Part shown: positions 48,287 to 57,757 of the stretch, piece by piece
Layout: each line of letters starts with the position of its first letter
Position numbering within the stretch: the first letter of the stretch is position 1
From: a bacterium
GTDB lineage: Bacteria; Patescibacteriota; Minisyncoccia; Portnoybacterales; GWB1-42-6
DNA: 64,000 nucleotides
Reading direction: 5' to 3'
Assembly: GCA_043800535.1 (NCBI GenBank)
Contig: JAZDMV010000008.1
Coordinates: forward strand, 9,251 to 73,250
Notes under the pieces: model-generated
Database searches by the model: none
What the model was told of the DNA's origin: nothing
Seen by the model: only the letters and a program-made list of their open reading frames with translations
Program-made: the position numbers and the translations under genes

Positions 48287-49039
48287 CTAGTTTGACACTT
48301 GATAGTATTTGTTTGTTCCATTCCATCCCTGTTGGTTGGCCTGCAGGACGCCGGTTCCGCCGCCAGGAGTTGGGGCTGATAGATTAGGCAGGGTGACGCC
48401 TTCGCTGTCATTCTCCAGATTAACATAAAGCGCGCATTTGGAGTTTTCGTCGGCCATGTAATGGTAGTTTGACTGGGTTTCTGTGCCTGTTTGCGGGTCT
48501 TTTGGCACCTGCGAAATATAATTTTGGACCTGCGGGTATTTTATTTTTATTTCATCAAATAATTGGGCGATATCATAATCCCCTGTTCCTTGGTTCGGCA
48601 TATAGCAGGTTGAGCCCGAAAGAAATCTGCCGATCTGAGAAATTTCTGTTTTGCGCCTGACGTCCCTTGCTTTGGCGCGGGCCGGGCCGGTCGCAACAAT
48701 TATAACGCCGGCCAGAACCCCGATAATGGCCATAACTATAAGAAGTTCAATTAGCGTGAAGCCGCGTTTTTTAAAAAAGCCGCGGTATCTCTTTTGGACA
48801 TAAATAATTTGCCACCATCTTTGTCCCAAAAAATAACCGCCCAAAATTCCCGCGGCAAGAAGCACAATCGTGCCAAGCGTATGTATAAAAAACCAATCAG
48901 ACCAGGAAAGGCCAAGGCCGTATGTCGCAAAATTGTTTGAAAGCAGAACGATGACGAAAATTTCAATAAGGCCGTGGAGAATAAAACTTAAAAGACCGCC
49001 CAAAATTACGCAAAAAAATATATAGACGATTTTTTTCAT
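48287..49039 (-). CDS. Pilin/GspG-like protein with an extra N-terminal membrane domain
   Basis: About 90-aa hydrophobic domain precedes [11 protein letters not shown]; PKDP motif. Confidence 0.8.
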   Translation of the reverse strand: MKKIVYIFFCVILGGLLSFILHGLIEIFVIVLLSNNFATYGLGLSWSDWFFIHTLGTIVLLAAGILGGYFLGQRWWQIIYVQKRYRGFFKKRGFTLIELLIVMAIIGVLAGVIIVATGPARAKARDVRRKTEISQIGRFLSGSTCYMPNQGTGDYDIAQLFDEIKIKYPQVQNYISQVPKDPQTGTETQSNYHYMADENSKCALYVNLENDSEGVTLPNLSAPTPGGGTGVLQANQQGWNGTNKYYQVSN

Positions 49040-49120
49040 ATTTTGATTATATCACAGCGTTTCATTTTTGCGTATGCACAAAATCCCCAGCCTTGAGGTA
49101 CTGGGGGCTTTATTAAAAGA

Positions 49121-49262
49121 GCGTGGGCATAATTTTAATAATATTTGCGACCGCACAGAGCGCTTCGCATCTGTGCGCCGAAGTGCATGACGGCGTCCAG
49201 GCGAGGCGCTCTGTGCGGGCACGAACAAACTGAATTTATAAGGGGGATGTTATTGTCCGTGC
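49121..49262. ncRNA. Long bulged hairpin, possible 6S-like RNA
   Basis: 18-bp stem 49151-49168/49201-49218, AT-rich central bubble, closing stem 49121-49129/49254-49262. Confidence 0.35.
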
Positions 49263-49436
49263 CGCGTATTAAAATCAATTTAATCATATCCCGCAAAGAT
49301 TAAATTCTTATTAAGGTTGATTCATAAGTTTATTACGAATATGGCTTGAAAAAGTTTCAATAAGTCTGCTTGTATAAGCACAAAAAAATGCCCGGAAGCA
49401 AAAGTTCCGGGCTAAGTTTGACGATAAAGGTCTGAT

Positions 49437-49805
49437 CTAATTGCCGTGGCCGTTCGACAAAAGCCACTGCCAGACAATACGGATATAGAAGGATTTTGGT
49501 CTTTCTTGAAACGGAATAAGGCGTTCAATCTCATCGTGGCATGGTCGGCAAACTTCAAAGGTCAGCTTATTGATATTGCCATTGCCGAAAAATCTTTTTG
49601 GAAAAATGTGATGGGTGGTGCGCGATTCCGAACGGCGGCATTTTATGCATCGTTTTTTCTTTTTTGACGCGGCGGCCTCCTTTTCAATTGCTTGTAGCGT
49701 AAAAATGTCGTCCTTGGTTAATATTTGATTTGGTTCAAGGCTGGCTGATGACCGCAGATTAGTGACCTGAGTTGCCAATTCGTTGCAGGCGATGCTCGTT
49801 TGCAT
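49437..49805 (-). CDS. Small HNH-like protein
   Basis: CIKC...HHIFP...N.....CRPCH; SD GAGGAG. Confidence 0.7.
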   Translation of the reverse strand: MQTSIACNELATQVTNLRSSASLEPNQILTKDDIFTLQAIEKEAAASKKKKRCIKCRRSESRTTHHIFPKRFFGNGNINKLTFEVCRPCHDEIERLIPFQERPKSFYIRIVWQWLLSNGHGN

Positions 49806-50013
49806 TTAGCGGCTCCTCTCTGGACCTCATAATTTTTTAAAGTTCTATCCTCCTTTCTTTTCCTGCGTGCGTATAATACGCTCTAATTATATTTTAACAA
49901 TTTTTTATCCCAAGGCAAACTGAGTTATTAACAGGAATCGAAAAAAATGCGCATTATCGCGCTATAGCGCCATAATGCGCAGAATAATCAGAAAAATGCG
50001 TACGTGCCTTTAT

Positions 50014-51867
50014 CTATTTTTTCAGATGCAGGCGGAAAAGTTTCATTGAATTTAAAAGAGGGATAAAGTCGGTGATGAAGTTATAGGCAGCGGCGCGGGC
50101 AGGCGGGAAAAACCCAAAAAACACCAGGACAAGACCTAAAACATTAACCAATCCCCATATCCAAAAATTTTGTCGCGCGACAGAAACGGAATATTTTGAA
50201 AGCTTTATTATTTCCGGCACTTTTGTCAGGTCGTCTTTCATGAGCGCGATATCCGCCGTTTCAATAGCGACGTCCGAGCCAATTGCGCCCATAGCAATAC
50301 CGATGTCAGCCAAAGCCAAAACCGCCGCGTCATTTACGCCGTCGCCTATCATGGCGACTTTGTATTTTTTGTTGAGGTAGGTTTTTAGATACCGGATCTT
50401 ATCTTCAGGGAGAAGATTGGCGTGGAATTCGCTGATGCCTGCCTGGCTGGCTACCCGGCGGGCAATTTTTTCATTATCGCCTGTCAGCATGACTATTTTT
50501 TCAATGCCGGTTGCTTTTAGTTCTGTGATCGCTTGTTTTGTTTGCGGCCGCAGTTCGTCAGCCAGAGCGGTAAAACAGATCATTTTGCCGTCTGCGGCGA
50601 AAAGAGTAATGTTGAAGCCACGGTTTTTGGCTTCGGTTATTTGGGCCATCTGGGCGTCAGTTATCTGAACATTCTGTTCTTGGAAAAATTGTAATTTGCC
50701 CGAAAGGATTTTTTTATTATGCCAAAGAGCTTGGGCGCCCTTGCCCGAATGTTCATGAAAATCCTGGGGCTCGCTTGGCACAATGTGATTTTCTTTGACA
50801 TATTCAATTACCGCCTTGGCCGACGGATGGCTGGAGAGCACGCAAACCGCACCGGCCAGTTGCAGCGCCTCGTCAGGGTCGACGCCGTTGAACGTGAAAA
50901 ATTCTTCAACTTTGAGCCGGCCGCGGGTCAGGGTTCCGGTCTTGTCAACCACGACAACTTTTAATTTGGATAATCCTTCAAGAATGTTATTTCCTTTTAT
51001 GATTATGCCCCGTTTTGCCGCGTATCCTATGGCTGCTAAAAATGCCAGGGGAATAGCCACGGCTATGTCGTCGGCGCAGGTCACAAGCAAAACAGAAAGC
51101 ACTAGGTCAAGATTAGCTGAAAAAAAATACAGAATTATGGCGCCGGCAATGGTTATAAAAATATACCAGCGCGTAAATCTTTCAGAAATGCCGTGGATGG
51201 CGGCTTTGTTTTGCTGGGATTTTTCCACCAGCTCAATAATGCGTTCAAGCGTTGTTTCGGGACCGATTTTTTCGGCGCGCACGACGATATTGCCATCAGT
51301 TACAATGGTTGAGCTGAGAACTATTTCACCGACAGATTTTGATACAGGCAGGGATTCGCCGGTCAAAGATGACTGGTCAACGCTGGCTTCGCCCTTGATT
51401 ATTGTGCCGTCAACTGGGATGCGTTCGCCAAGCTCCACCACGACCGAATCCCCTTTCTTGATCTGTTCAAGCGGGATTTCCTTAAGCTCTCCGTTTTCGT
51501 TAATTTTGGCGGTTTTTGGTTTAAGTTTAAGAAGCGAGGCGATGGCGCGCCGGGCGCGGGAGTCGGTGTAACGGGCAAAGAGCCGGGCTGATGCCAACAT
51601 CATGTTTATGAAAACGGCGGATGTCCATTCTTGTGCCAATAACGAAACTATTAAAGCGATGCTAGCCAGAAGATCAATCGAAATCGATTTTGCCTTCAGC
51701 GCGCGGAGAGCGCTTAGAATAACAGGCAGTGTGCCCAAACCAGCCAGGATGACCATAAGCGCGCTATCCACGTCAAGTGGCACAAGGCCCGAATAATGAA
51801 GCGCAAGCGATACCGCCAAGAGACACACAAGGACGGTATCTCTGTATATAAAAAATTTTTTCTTCAT
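50014..51867 (-). CDS. P1B-type heavy-metal ATPase, atypical
   Basis: TGES, DKTGT, SHP, TGDN, GDGVND; TCADD in place of CPC. Confidence 0.9.
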   Translation of the reverse strand: MKKKFFIYRDTVLVCLLAVSLALHYSGLVPLDVDSALMVILAGLGTLPVILSALRALKAKSISIDLLASIALIVSLLAQEWTSAVFINMMLASARLFARYTDSRARRAIASLLKLKPKTAKINENGELKEIPLEQIKKGDSVVVELGERIPVDGTIIKGEASVDQSSLTGESLPVSKSVGEIVLSSTIVTDGNIVVRAEKIGPETTLERIIELVEKSQQNKAAIHGISERFTRWYIFITIAGAIILYFFSANLDLVLSVLLVTCADDIAVAIPLAFLAAIGYAAKRGIIIKGNNILEGLSKLKVVVVDKTGTLTRGRLKVEEFFTFNGVDPDEALQLAGAVCVLSSHPSAKAVIEYVKENHIVPSEPQDFHEHSGKGAQALWHNKKILSGKLQFFQEQNVQITDAQMAQITEAKNRGFNITLFAADGKMICFTALADELRPQTKQAITELKATGIEKIVMLTGDNEKIARRVASQAGISEFHANLLPEDKIRYLKTYLNKKYKVAMIGDGVNDAAVLALADIGIAMGAIGSDVAIETADIALMKDDLTKVPEIIKLSKYSVSVARQNFWIWGLVNVLGLVLVFFGFFPPARAAAYNFITDFIPLLNSMKLFRLHLKK

Positions 51868-51955
51868 TTTTAATTTGTTTTACTTGGGCTATAATATGCT
51901 TGCAGTAAAGCACATTATATTGTATTATTATAATTCTGATTATATCATAAAAAGA

Positions 51956-51981
51956 GTAACAAATCAGCCAAAAGAACGTAT
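51956..51981 (+). promoter_or_regulatory. ECF-type promoter, probably autoregulatory
   Basis: GTAAC-N16-CGTAT, same as 53365-53390. Confidence 0.7.
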
Positions 51982-51985
51982 AAAT

Positions 51986-52525
51986 ATGTCAGATAAGTTT
52001 AACAAATTAGCGCGAGAATTAAAAAACGGAGATCGCCGGGCCGGCGAACAGATCTTTGGCAGTTTCAGCGCTCCGATATTCCGATTCTTTCTGGTGAAGA
52101 CTTCAAGCCGCGAGACGGCTGAGGACCTGACCCAGGAAGTTTTTTTGAAATTAATTGATAAAATAGACACATTTGACGAGAATTTAGGTAGCTTTTCGGG
52201 ATGGTTTTGGCAGATAGCAAAGAATACTGTCAAGGATTATTACCGCAAAAAGAAATCGTTTCCCCTTTCGGATATGGCGTTGCAGGCGAAAGAAAAAAAT
52301 GATTATGCAGAGCAGAAGAATGACTTGAGGAATGAAATAAAAATGACGGAAATTCTGGAATTAATAAAGGAGCTTAATGAGGACGAACAGGAAGTATTTT
52401 CGCTGCACTATCTTTCTGACTTGGCTTATCGGGATATAAGCCGGGCGCTGGGAAGATCGGAAAGTTCGCTTAGGGTTCTGGTCCACAGGATAAATAAAAA
52501 AATAAGAAAACTTTTAGAGCAATGA
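51986..52525 (+). CDS. ECF RNA polymerase sigma factor
   Basis: AEDLTQEVFLK, F.GW...IAKN...DYYR, region-4 helix-turn-helix; start MSDKF. Confidence 0.93.
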   Translation: MSDKFNKLARELKNGDRRAGEQIFGSFSAPIFRFFLVKTSSRETAEDLTQEVFLKLIDKIDTFDENLGSFSGWFWQIAKNTVKDYYRKKKSFPLSDMALQAKEKNDYAEQKNDLRNEIKMTEILELIKELNEDEQEVFSLHYLSDLAYRDISRALGRSESSLRVLVHRINKKIRKLLEQ

Positions 52526-53283
52526 TAGGATTTTTTAAAAAAAAGGCAATAGAATGGCGCCTGCGCGCAAAACTGCGTAAACAGTTTAGCCCGCGGCCCG
52601 AATTTCTGGCTTATTGCCGGGCTATTTTTCTCGAAAAAGCGGCGCAGAGGAATCCGGCCGGGCAGACCAAGCTGGCAGGCGGTTTTTATTTTGCCAGTTT
52701 TGCTAGATACAGTTTAGTTTCGTTTTTTGTTCTGTTGTTTTTGGGCAGCGGCGCGGCTGTCTATGCAGACGCGACAAACGTCAGCTACGGCCATCCGCTT
52801 TACAATTTTAAACTGGCAGTTGAGACAGTGCGCGTCAAAGTGGCGCCAGGCGGAAAAGCCGCAGTTTTGCGCACCGAATTTGCCGAGCGCCGCGTACAGG
52901 AAATAAAAATAGTCACAACGCAGAAACCAATGGCCGAGGCCGCTGAAAGCACAAAAGCTGAAAATGTAAAGGATGGCGTGCAAACAAAGGCAGGAGCAAA
53001 AGAACAGGAACACCAGCAAAAGATGGCTGATCTGCGCAGTCACTTAAAGAAGCAGGTTGATCTGGTCGTTGAGGAAATAGAAGAAAAGAAAGCAAAAAGC
53101 GCCAGCGCGGCAGAATTATGCGATTCTATGTCGCGGGTGATGAAGGAAGATGAAGAAATTGACAGAGAAGAGACAAAGGAGGAGCACGAACAGAGCTGGG
53201 CTCGCTTCAAAAAAAATTGCAGCGAATTTATGAATGACAAAGATAGCGGCAAGGTTAAAAACCGCGAAAGCAGCAATGACTGA
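52522..53283 (+). CDS. Putative anti-sigma factor (single TM plus DUF5667-like domain)
   Basis: Overlaps sigma stop; PRPEF, TM, GHPLY.FK.A.E, AERR..E. Confidence 0.7.
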   Translation: MIGFFKKKAIEWRLRAKLRKQFSPRPEFLAYCRAIFLEKAAQRNPAGQTKLAGGFYFASFARYSLVSFFVLLFLGSGAAVYADATNVSYGHPLYNFKLAVETVRVKVAPGGKAAVLRTEFAERRVQEIKIVTTQKPMAEAAESTKAENVKDGVQTKAGAKEQEHQQKMADLRSHLKKQVDLVVEEIEEKKAKSASAAELCDSMSRVMKEDEEIDREETKEEHEQSWARFKKNCSEFMNDKDSGKVKNRESSND

Positions 53284-53364
53284 ACAATAACGAGCTGGGC
53301 GTCAACAAGGCCTCTTTTCGCGGGGCTTTTTTATTTGCTTTAAGATAACAGAAGAATAATTTTT

Positions 53365-53390
53365 GTAACAAAGGCAATTTTTGAGCGTAT
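53365..53390 (+). promoter_or_regulatory. ECF-type promoter
   Basis: GTAAC-N16-CGTAT. Confidence 0.7.
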
Positions 53391-53473
53391 TGATAAACAG
53401 ACAAGCAGAGGTTTTTATTTTATTTAATTTTTGTAAAGGTCGAACTTTAAACAATTAAGACAAATTCCAGCTT

Positions 53474-54055
53474 ATGAAAAAATTAGCAGCTAGATTAGCC
53501 ATGTTTCTGGGAGTTTTTACGCTTGCCTTGAGCCCGGTGCTGGCTGTCGCCACATACGCGGCGACAACGCATGCCTGGCTTGTTTCGGGCACCGCCACAG
53601 AAATTACAAGCACCAGCTTAAAGCTGACGCGCGGCAACAAGGTCTATACTGTGAATGTTTCCTCTTCTGCGACCGTGGTTGATAATGACTGGCAGGATAT
53701 CTCTTTAAACGAAATCCACACGGGTGACCGAGTTTTTGTTTTTGGCAAGGTTAATGATGTGACGATTGAGGCGATTTACGTCAAAGACAGGTCTGTGCCG
53801 GTTAAAATAGATGTCAGGGAAATGTCAGGAACGGCATCAAGCGTCTCTTCCGCTTCGTTTAGCTTAAAACGGGGAAGCAAGACGTCAACCATCAATATCG
53901 GCTCGCACACCATGCTGTTTGACAAGAACTGGGGAAATATAAGCTTGAGCGATATAAAAGACGGGCATCGGGTGACGGTTTACGGCCGGACCACTGATAA
54001 CGGCGCGACAGTTAACGCGGTATATGTAAAGGACAAAGATCTGCCTGCGTCTTAA
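53474..54055 (+). CDS. Secreted protein with two DUF5666-like (OB-fold-like) repeats
   Basis: Signal peptide; repeated SGTA...I..GDRV.V.G......A.YVKD. Confidence 0.7.
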   Translation: MKKLAARLAMFLGVFTLALSPVLAVATYAATTHAWLVSGTATEITSTSLKLTRGNKVYTVNVSSSATVVDNDWQDISLNEIHTGDRVFVFGKVNDVTIEAIYVKDRSVPVKIDVREMSGTASSVSSASFSLKRGSKTSTINIGSHTMLFDKNWGNISLSDIKDGHRVTVYGRTTDNGATVNAVYVKDKDLPAS

Positions 54056-54103
54056 AAGGCGCAATAAAACAGTTCTTTTTCTTGCAAGACTAAAATAATT
54101 GAT

Positions 54104-54142
54104 AAGCAAAAATCCCCCGCACGGTGCGGGGGATTTTTGCTT
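54104..54142. terminator. Bidirectional intrinsic terminator
   Basis: AAGCAAAAATCCCCCGCA...TGCGGGGGATTTTTGCTT. Confidence 0.85.
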
Positions 54143-54160
54143 TAAACTAGTTAAATGTTT

Positions 54161-54943
54161 TTAACTTTTTCTGTTAAATGCAAGCACCGCCGCAGATATC
54201 ATGACAACAGAAAACCCGATAAGAAAAAGCAGGTTTACCATTAGCGGAAAAACGACAAGGCTGCTTAATACCTTTTGGGAAACGACATTATCCAAAATAA
54301 CGCGGCGCATGGCATCCACGCCGTAAGTCAAAGGATTTATGCGGGAAATCACTGTCATCCAGGTCGGCACGTTTGTCAGCGGGAAAAACGCGCCTGAAAG
54401 AAAGAACATGGGAAAAACCAGCACCTGCATGACCAAACCGAAAGTTTCGGTCGTTTTCATAAGCGAAGCGATAAGCAGACCAATGCCGGCGATGGCAAAG
54501 GAAAGGATTATCATCAGACCGAACAACTGGATGATCGTGAAAATATGCAGCTGCACGCCGATAAAAGGCGCGATGATAAGCAGGATCAGGCCCTGGAGCG
54601 AAGCGATGGTGGCGGCGCCCAGCGCCTTGCCGATGGAAATGGAAGTGCGCGGAATAGGCGCCACTAAAATTTCTTTTAAGAAACCAAACTCTCTGTCCCA
54701 GACGGTTGAAACGGTTGAAAAAAAGGCAATACCCATGACATTCATGGCGATTATGCCCGGGTACATGAATTTTATAAAATCAACGCCAAAATTGCCCTGC
54801 GTTAGGGTTTGGCTCAGGCCCGCGCCGAAAATGAACAGAAACATTATTGGCTGGAAAAACGAAGAAACGATCCTTGTTTTATCGCGCCAATATCTGATTA
54901 TTTCGCGCCGCCAGATTGTAATGATGGGCTGGATCAGGTTCAT
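54161..54943 (-). CDS. ABC-2 type transporter permease (DrrB-like)
   Basis: DREFG.LKE..VAP, FLSGAFFP, NPLTY.VD. Confidence 0.9.
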   Translation of the reverse strand: MNLIQPIITIWRREIIRYWRDKTRIVSSFFQPIMFLFIFGAGLSQTLTQGNFGVDFIKFMYPGIIAMNVMGIAFFSTVSTVWDREFGFLKEILVAPIPRTSISIGKALGAATIASLQGLILLIIAPFIGVQLHIFTIIQLFGLMIILSFAIAGIGLLIASLMKTTETFGLVMQVLVFPMFFLSGAFFPLTNVPTWMTVISRINPLTYGVDAMRRVILDNVVSQKVLSSLVVFPLMVNLLFLIGFSVVMISAAVLAFNRKS

Positions 54944-55017
54944 ATTATTGCAAAATGTAATTTGACATACTCTCCCGCGCTCCCGAGCGCGGGAGAGTAT
55001 GTCATGTTTGAGTTTAT

Positions 55018-55992
55018 CTACCTTCGCATCCTCATGCCGAACCGCTGTTTCATAAAATCTTTTCCGTCGGCTTCTTCTTCGCGGATCTTGCGTCCCGTCA
55101 AATGCAAAAACACGTCATCAAGAGTCGGCTTGCGAAGCTCTATTGAATCAATTTTTGTTTTTAGATCGTTGAACAGCCGCGGCAGGAATTTTTCGCCGTC
55201 CGGCACTTCTATGCGCAGGCCGCTCCCCTGCTCTTTTACCTCTTTGGCATAGAGAGCGCTTAATTCTTTTTTAAGGTTTTCTTTGTCAGCAGTTTCCATA
55301 TAGATTATGTCGCCGCCGAGCATCTTTTTTAAGTTTGCAGGCGTGTCCAGGGCCACAATTTTTCCGTTATCAATTATTCCGATGCGGTCGCAGTGTTCAG
55401 CTTCGTTCATATAATGCGTGGTCATAAAAATAGTCATTTGCTTTTCGCGCTTGAGTTTTATTACATATTCCCAGATATGGGCACGGGTCTGGGGGTCAAG
55501 TCCGAGCGTGGGTTCGTCCAAAAACAGGACAGCCGGATAATGGGTCAGCCCGCGGGCAATTTCAAGGCGTCTCTTCATGCCGCCGGAAAATGTTTTAACA
55601 ATGTCGTCTTTTCGGTCCCATAAGTCAACAAGCCGCATAACTTCTTCAATTCTGGCGTTGTATTGGTCTTTTGGCACGCCGTAAAGCTCAACATGGAAAC
55701 AGAGGTTTTCTTCGGCAGTCAGGCGGTCGTCAAGCGAAGGGTCCTGGAACACAAGGCCGATGGATTTGCGTACTTCGTTCTGCTGGTTGGTTATGTCAAA
55801 GTTATTGACCGTGGCAATGCCACTGGTCGGGGTTGTTATGGTTGCGAGCATATTTGTCGTGGTTGATTTACCCGCGCCATTTGGCCCGAGGAAACCAAAA
55901 ATTTCCCCTTTTTTTACGTCAAAGGAAACTGAATCAACGGCCGTGCGGCCGTTAAATTTTTTTGTCAGATTTTTTACCTCAATGATATCCAT
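55018..55992 (-). CDS. ABC transporter ATP-binding protein (DrrA-like)
   Basis: GPNGAGKST, FSGGMKRR, LDEPT. Confidence 0.93.
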   Translation of the reverse strand: MDIIEVKNLTKKFNGRTAVDSVSFDVKKGEIFGFLGPNGAGKSTTTNMLATITTPTSGIATVNNFDITNQQNEVRKSIGLVFQDPSLDDRLTAEENLCFHVELYGVPKDQYNARIEEVMRLVDLWDRKDDIVKTFSGGMKRRLEIARGLTHYPAVLFLDEPTLGLDPQTRAHIWEYVIKLKREKQMTIFMTTHYMNEAEHCDRIGIIDNGKIVALDTPANLKKMLGGDIIYMETADKENLKKELSALYAKEVKEQGSGLRIEVPDGEKFLPRLFNDLKTKIDSIELRKPTLDDVFLHLTGRKIREEEADGKDFMKQRFGMRMRR

Positions 55993-56142
55993 AGCAGGAT
56001 TTAATTATATGACATTTTGAAATTTGGCGCAATATATCGAGCGTTAAATAGGATACACGCCAAAGTTTTCTGATGGTAATGTATTTTGTCAAATAAAAAG
56101 ACCCCGCCTTGGGCGGGGTCTTTTTAAAATCTCGTGAAAGAT

Positions 56143-56466
56143 TTAGTAGCGGTCTCTGCCGCCGCCGAATCCACCGCGTCTTTCGCGGAAGCCGCCTTCA
56201 CGGCGGGGCGGGCGGGATTCTAAAGGTCGCGCTTCATTAACTGTCAGGTTGCGGCCTTCGAATTCTTTGCCGTTCCACATTTCGATCGCCTTTGTCGCAT
56301 CTTCATCGGAAGTCATCTCAACGAAGCCGAAGCCCCGTGAGCGGCCGGACATTTTGTCAACAATGATTGTTGCTGACTCAACTGCGCCGGCTTGCGAAAA
56401 AGCTTCTTTCAAAGAATCTTCAGTGGTGCTGTATGAGAGACCACCGATATATAACTTTTTTGCCAT
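56143..56466 (-). CDS. RRM RNA-binding protein with Gly/Arg tail
   Basis: KLYIGGL (RNP2), RGFGFVEM (RNP1); promoter TTGACT-N17-TATAAT 56632-56660; terminator 56095-56125. Confidence 0.95.
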   Translation of the reverse strand: MAKKLYIGGLSYSTTEDSLKEAFSQAGAVESATIIVDKMSGRSRGFGFVEMTSDEDATKAIEMWNGKEFEGRNLTVNEARPLESRPPRREGGFRERRGGFGGGRDRY

Positions 56467-56841
56467 TTGATTTGATTTTGGGTGATAAACACCCTGCTTA
56501 ATTATTTCAGTAGGACGACCCCTCACTTAGCTTGCCCTAGTACCATTAATAGGTACGGGGTTGAAATTTCAAGATTGTGGCTTATCGCCCTATCTGAAAT
56601 TATGACTAACTGAGAAACCTACGATAAATCCATTATAGCGCAAAACAAACTTAAAGTCAAGCTTTGGCTTGGTTTGCGCGCAATAAACATTTATCCTTCG
56701 AGCGGAGCCCCGATGTTGCGTTGGGGCGAAGTCGAGAAGTTTACATCATAAGGAATAGTTCTCGACGCGTCCTGCACTCCGCCTGCTGGCGGGGTGCAGG
56801 GCTTGCTCGAAGAATAAAATAATAGTTTAGAACTCCTTCGT

Positions 56842-57036
56842 TCATTCCTCCTTTATCTGCTCCTTCATTTTCTCTTCCATCTCTTCTTTTGACATTTCTG
56901 CCATCATTTCTTTGACTTTTTCTTTGTGGACCTCGCTTGCGTGATCCGTCGCTTTTTTCATGACTTCCTCCTCGGTTTCGTCTTTGGCCACGTAATCGCA
57001 GGCCACTCCCATGTCTTTGCAAGCTAATGTTTTCAT
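56842..57036 (-). CDS. DUF1059-like small metal-binding protein
   Basis: LACKD.G..C...............H....H. Confidence 0.8.
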   Translation of the reverse strand: MKTLACKDMGVACDYVAKDETEEEVMKKATDHASEVHKEKVKEMMAEMSKEEMEEKMKEQIKEE

Positions 57037-57208
57037 GTTTTTTTGACTGTTTTAATTAGCCAATGATTCGACCTTTACAAATACCTTACATTATTGCAGT
57101 GAAGATTTAATTAAATACGCCGCAGCTGCGCTTAATGTTGCGCCAAGCAATTGATTTCCAGAGGCAAATATATTATACTGGAAAAAACATAATTTTTTTC
57201 TAAACGCA

Positions 57209-57634
57209 ATGGACACTCGTCAGGATAAAAACAAGGCCTTCTGGAACTTCTTTTTTTCCGTTGTATTTGCGGCGCTTTTAGCCGCCTCTCTCTGGTTTTT
57301 GCGAAAGAACGGCCTGCCGCGCGCAATCCCGATCTTTGATTTTATTCTTTTGGGGCTGGCTGTTTTCCGCCTGACCCACCTTTTTGTCTATGATCATATA
57401 ACCGGCTGGCTCCGCGAATTTTTTGAGCGTTTCCAAACTGGGCCGGGCAAAACAATTTCCAATCTTTTATCCTGCCCCTGGTGCACGGGCATCTGGGTGG
57501 CTTTATTTGTCAGTTTCGCTTATTTTGCCACGCCTTATGCCTGGTATGTGATTTTGGTCTTTGCCCTGGCGGGCGCGGGCACACTCGTTGAAATTATTGC
57601 CGGCCACATTATGAGCCATTCGCACAGCGAATAG
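57209..57634 (+). CDS. DUF1360-like membrane protein
   Basis: LAVFRLT.L...D.I...LR, LLSCPWC.GIW. Confidence 0.8.
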   Translation: MDTRQDKNKAFWNFFFSVVFAALLAASLWFLRKNGLPRAIPIFDFILLGLAVFRLTHLFVYDHITGWLREFFERFQTGPGKTISNLLSCPWCTGIWVALFVSFAYFATPYAWYVILVFALAGAGTLVEIIAGHIMSHSHSE

Positions 57635-57757
57635 CGAGCTTTAAGCCCCCTGTCTAATTCAAAAAGGCCTCGTAATATAAGAGGCCTTTTTTTGTCAGTA
57701 TTTAAATTATAACTCACCCCACCCCTCTCTTAAATTAAGAGAGGGAGAAGAGTAAAA

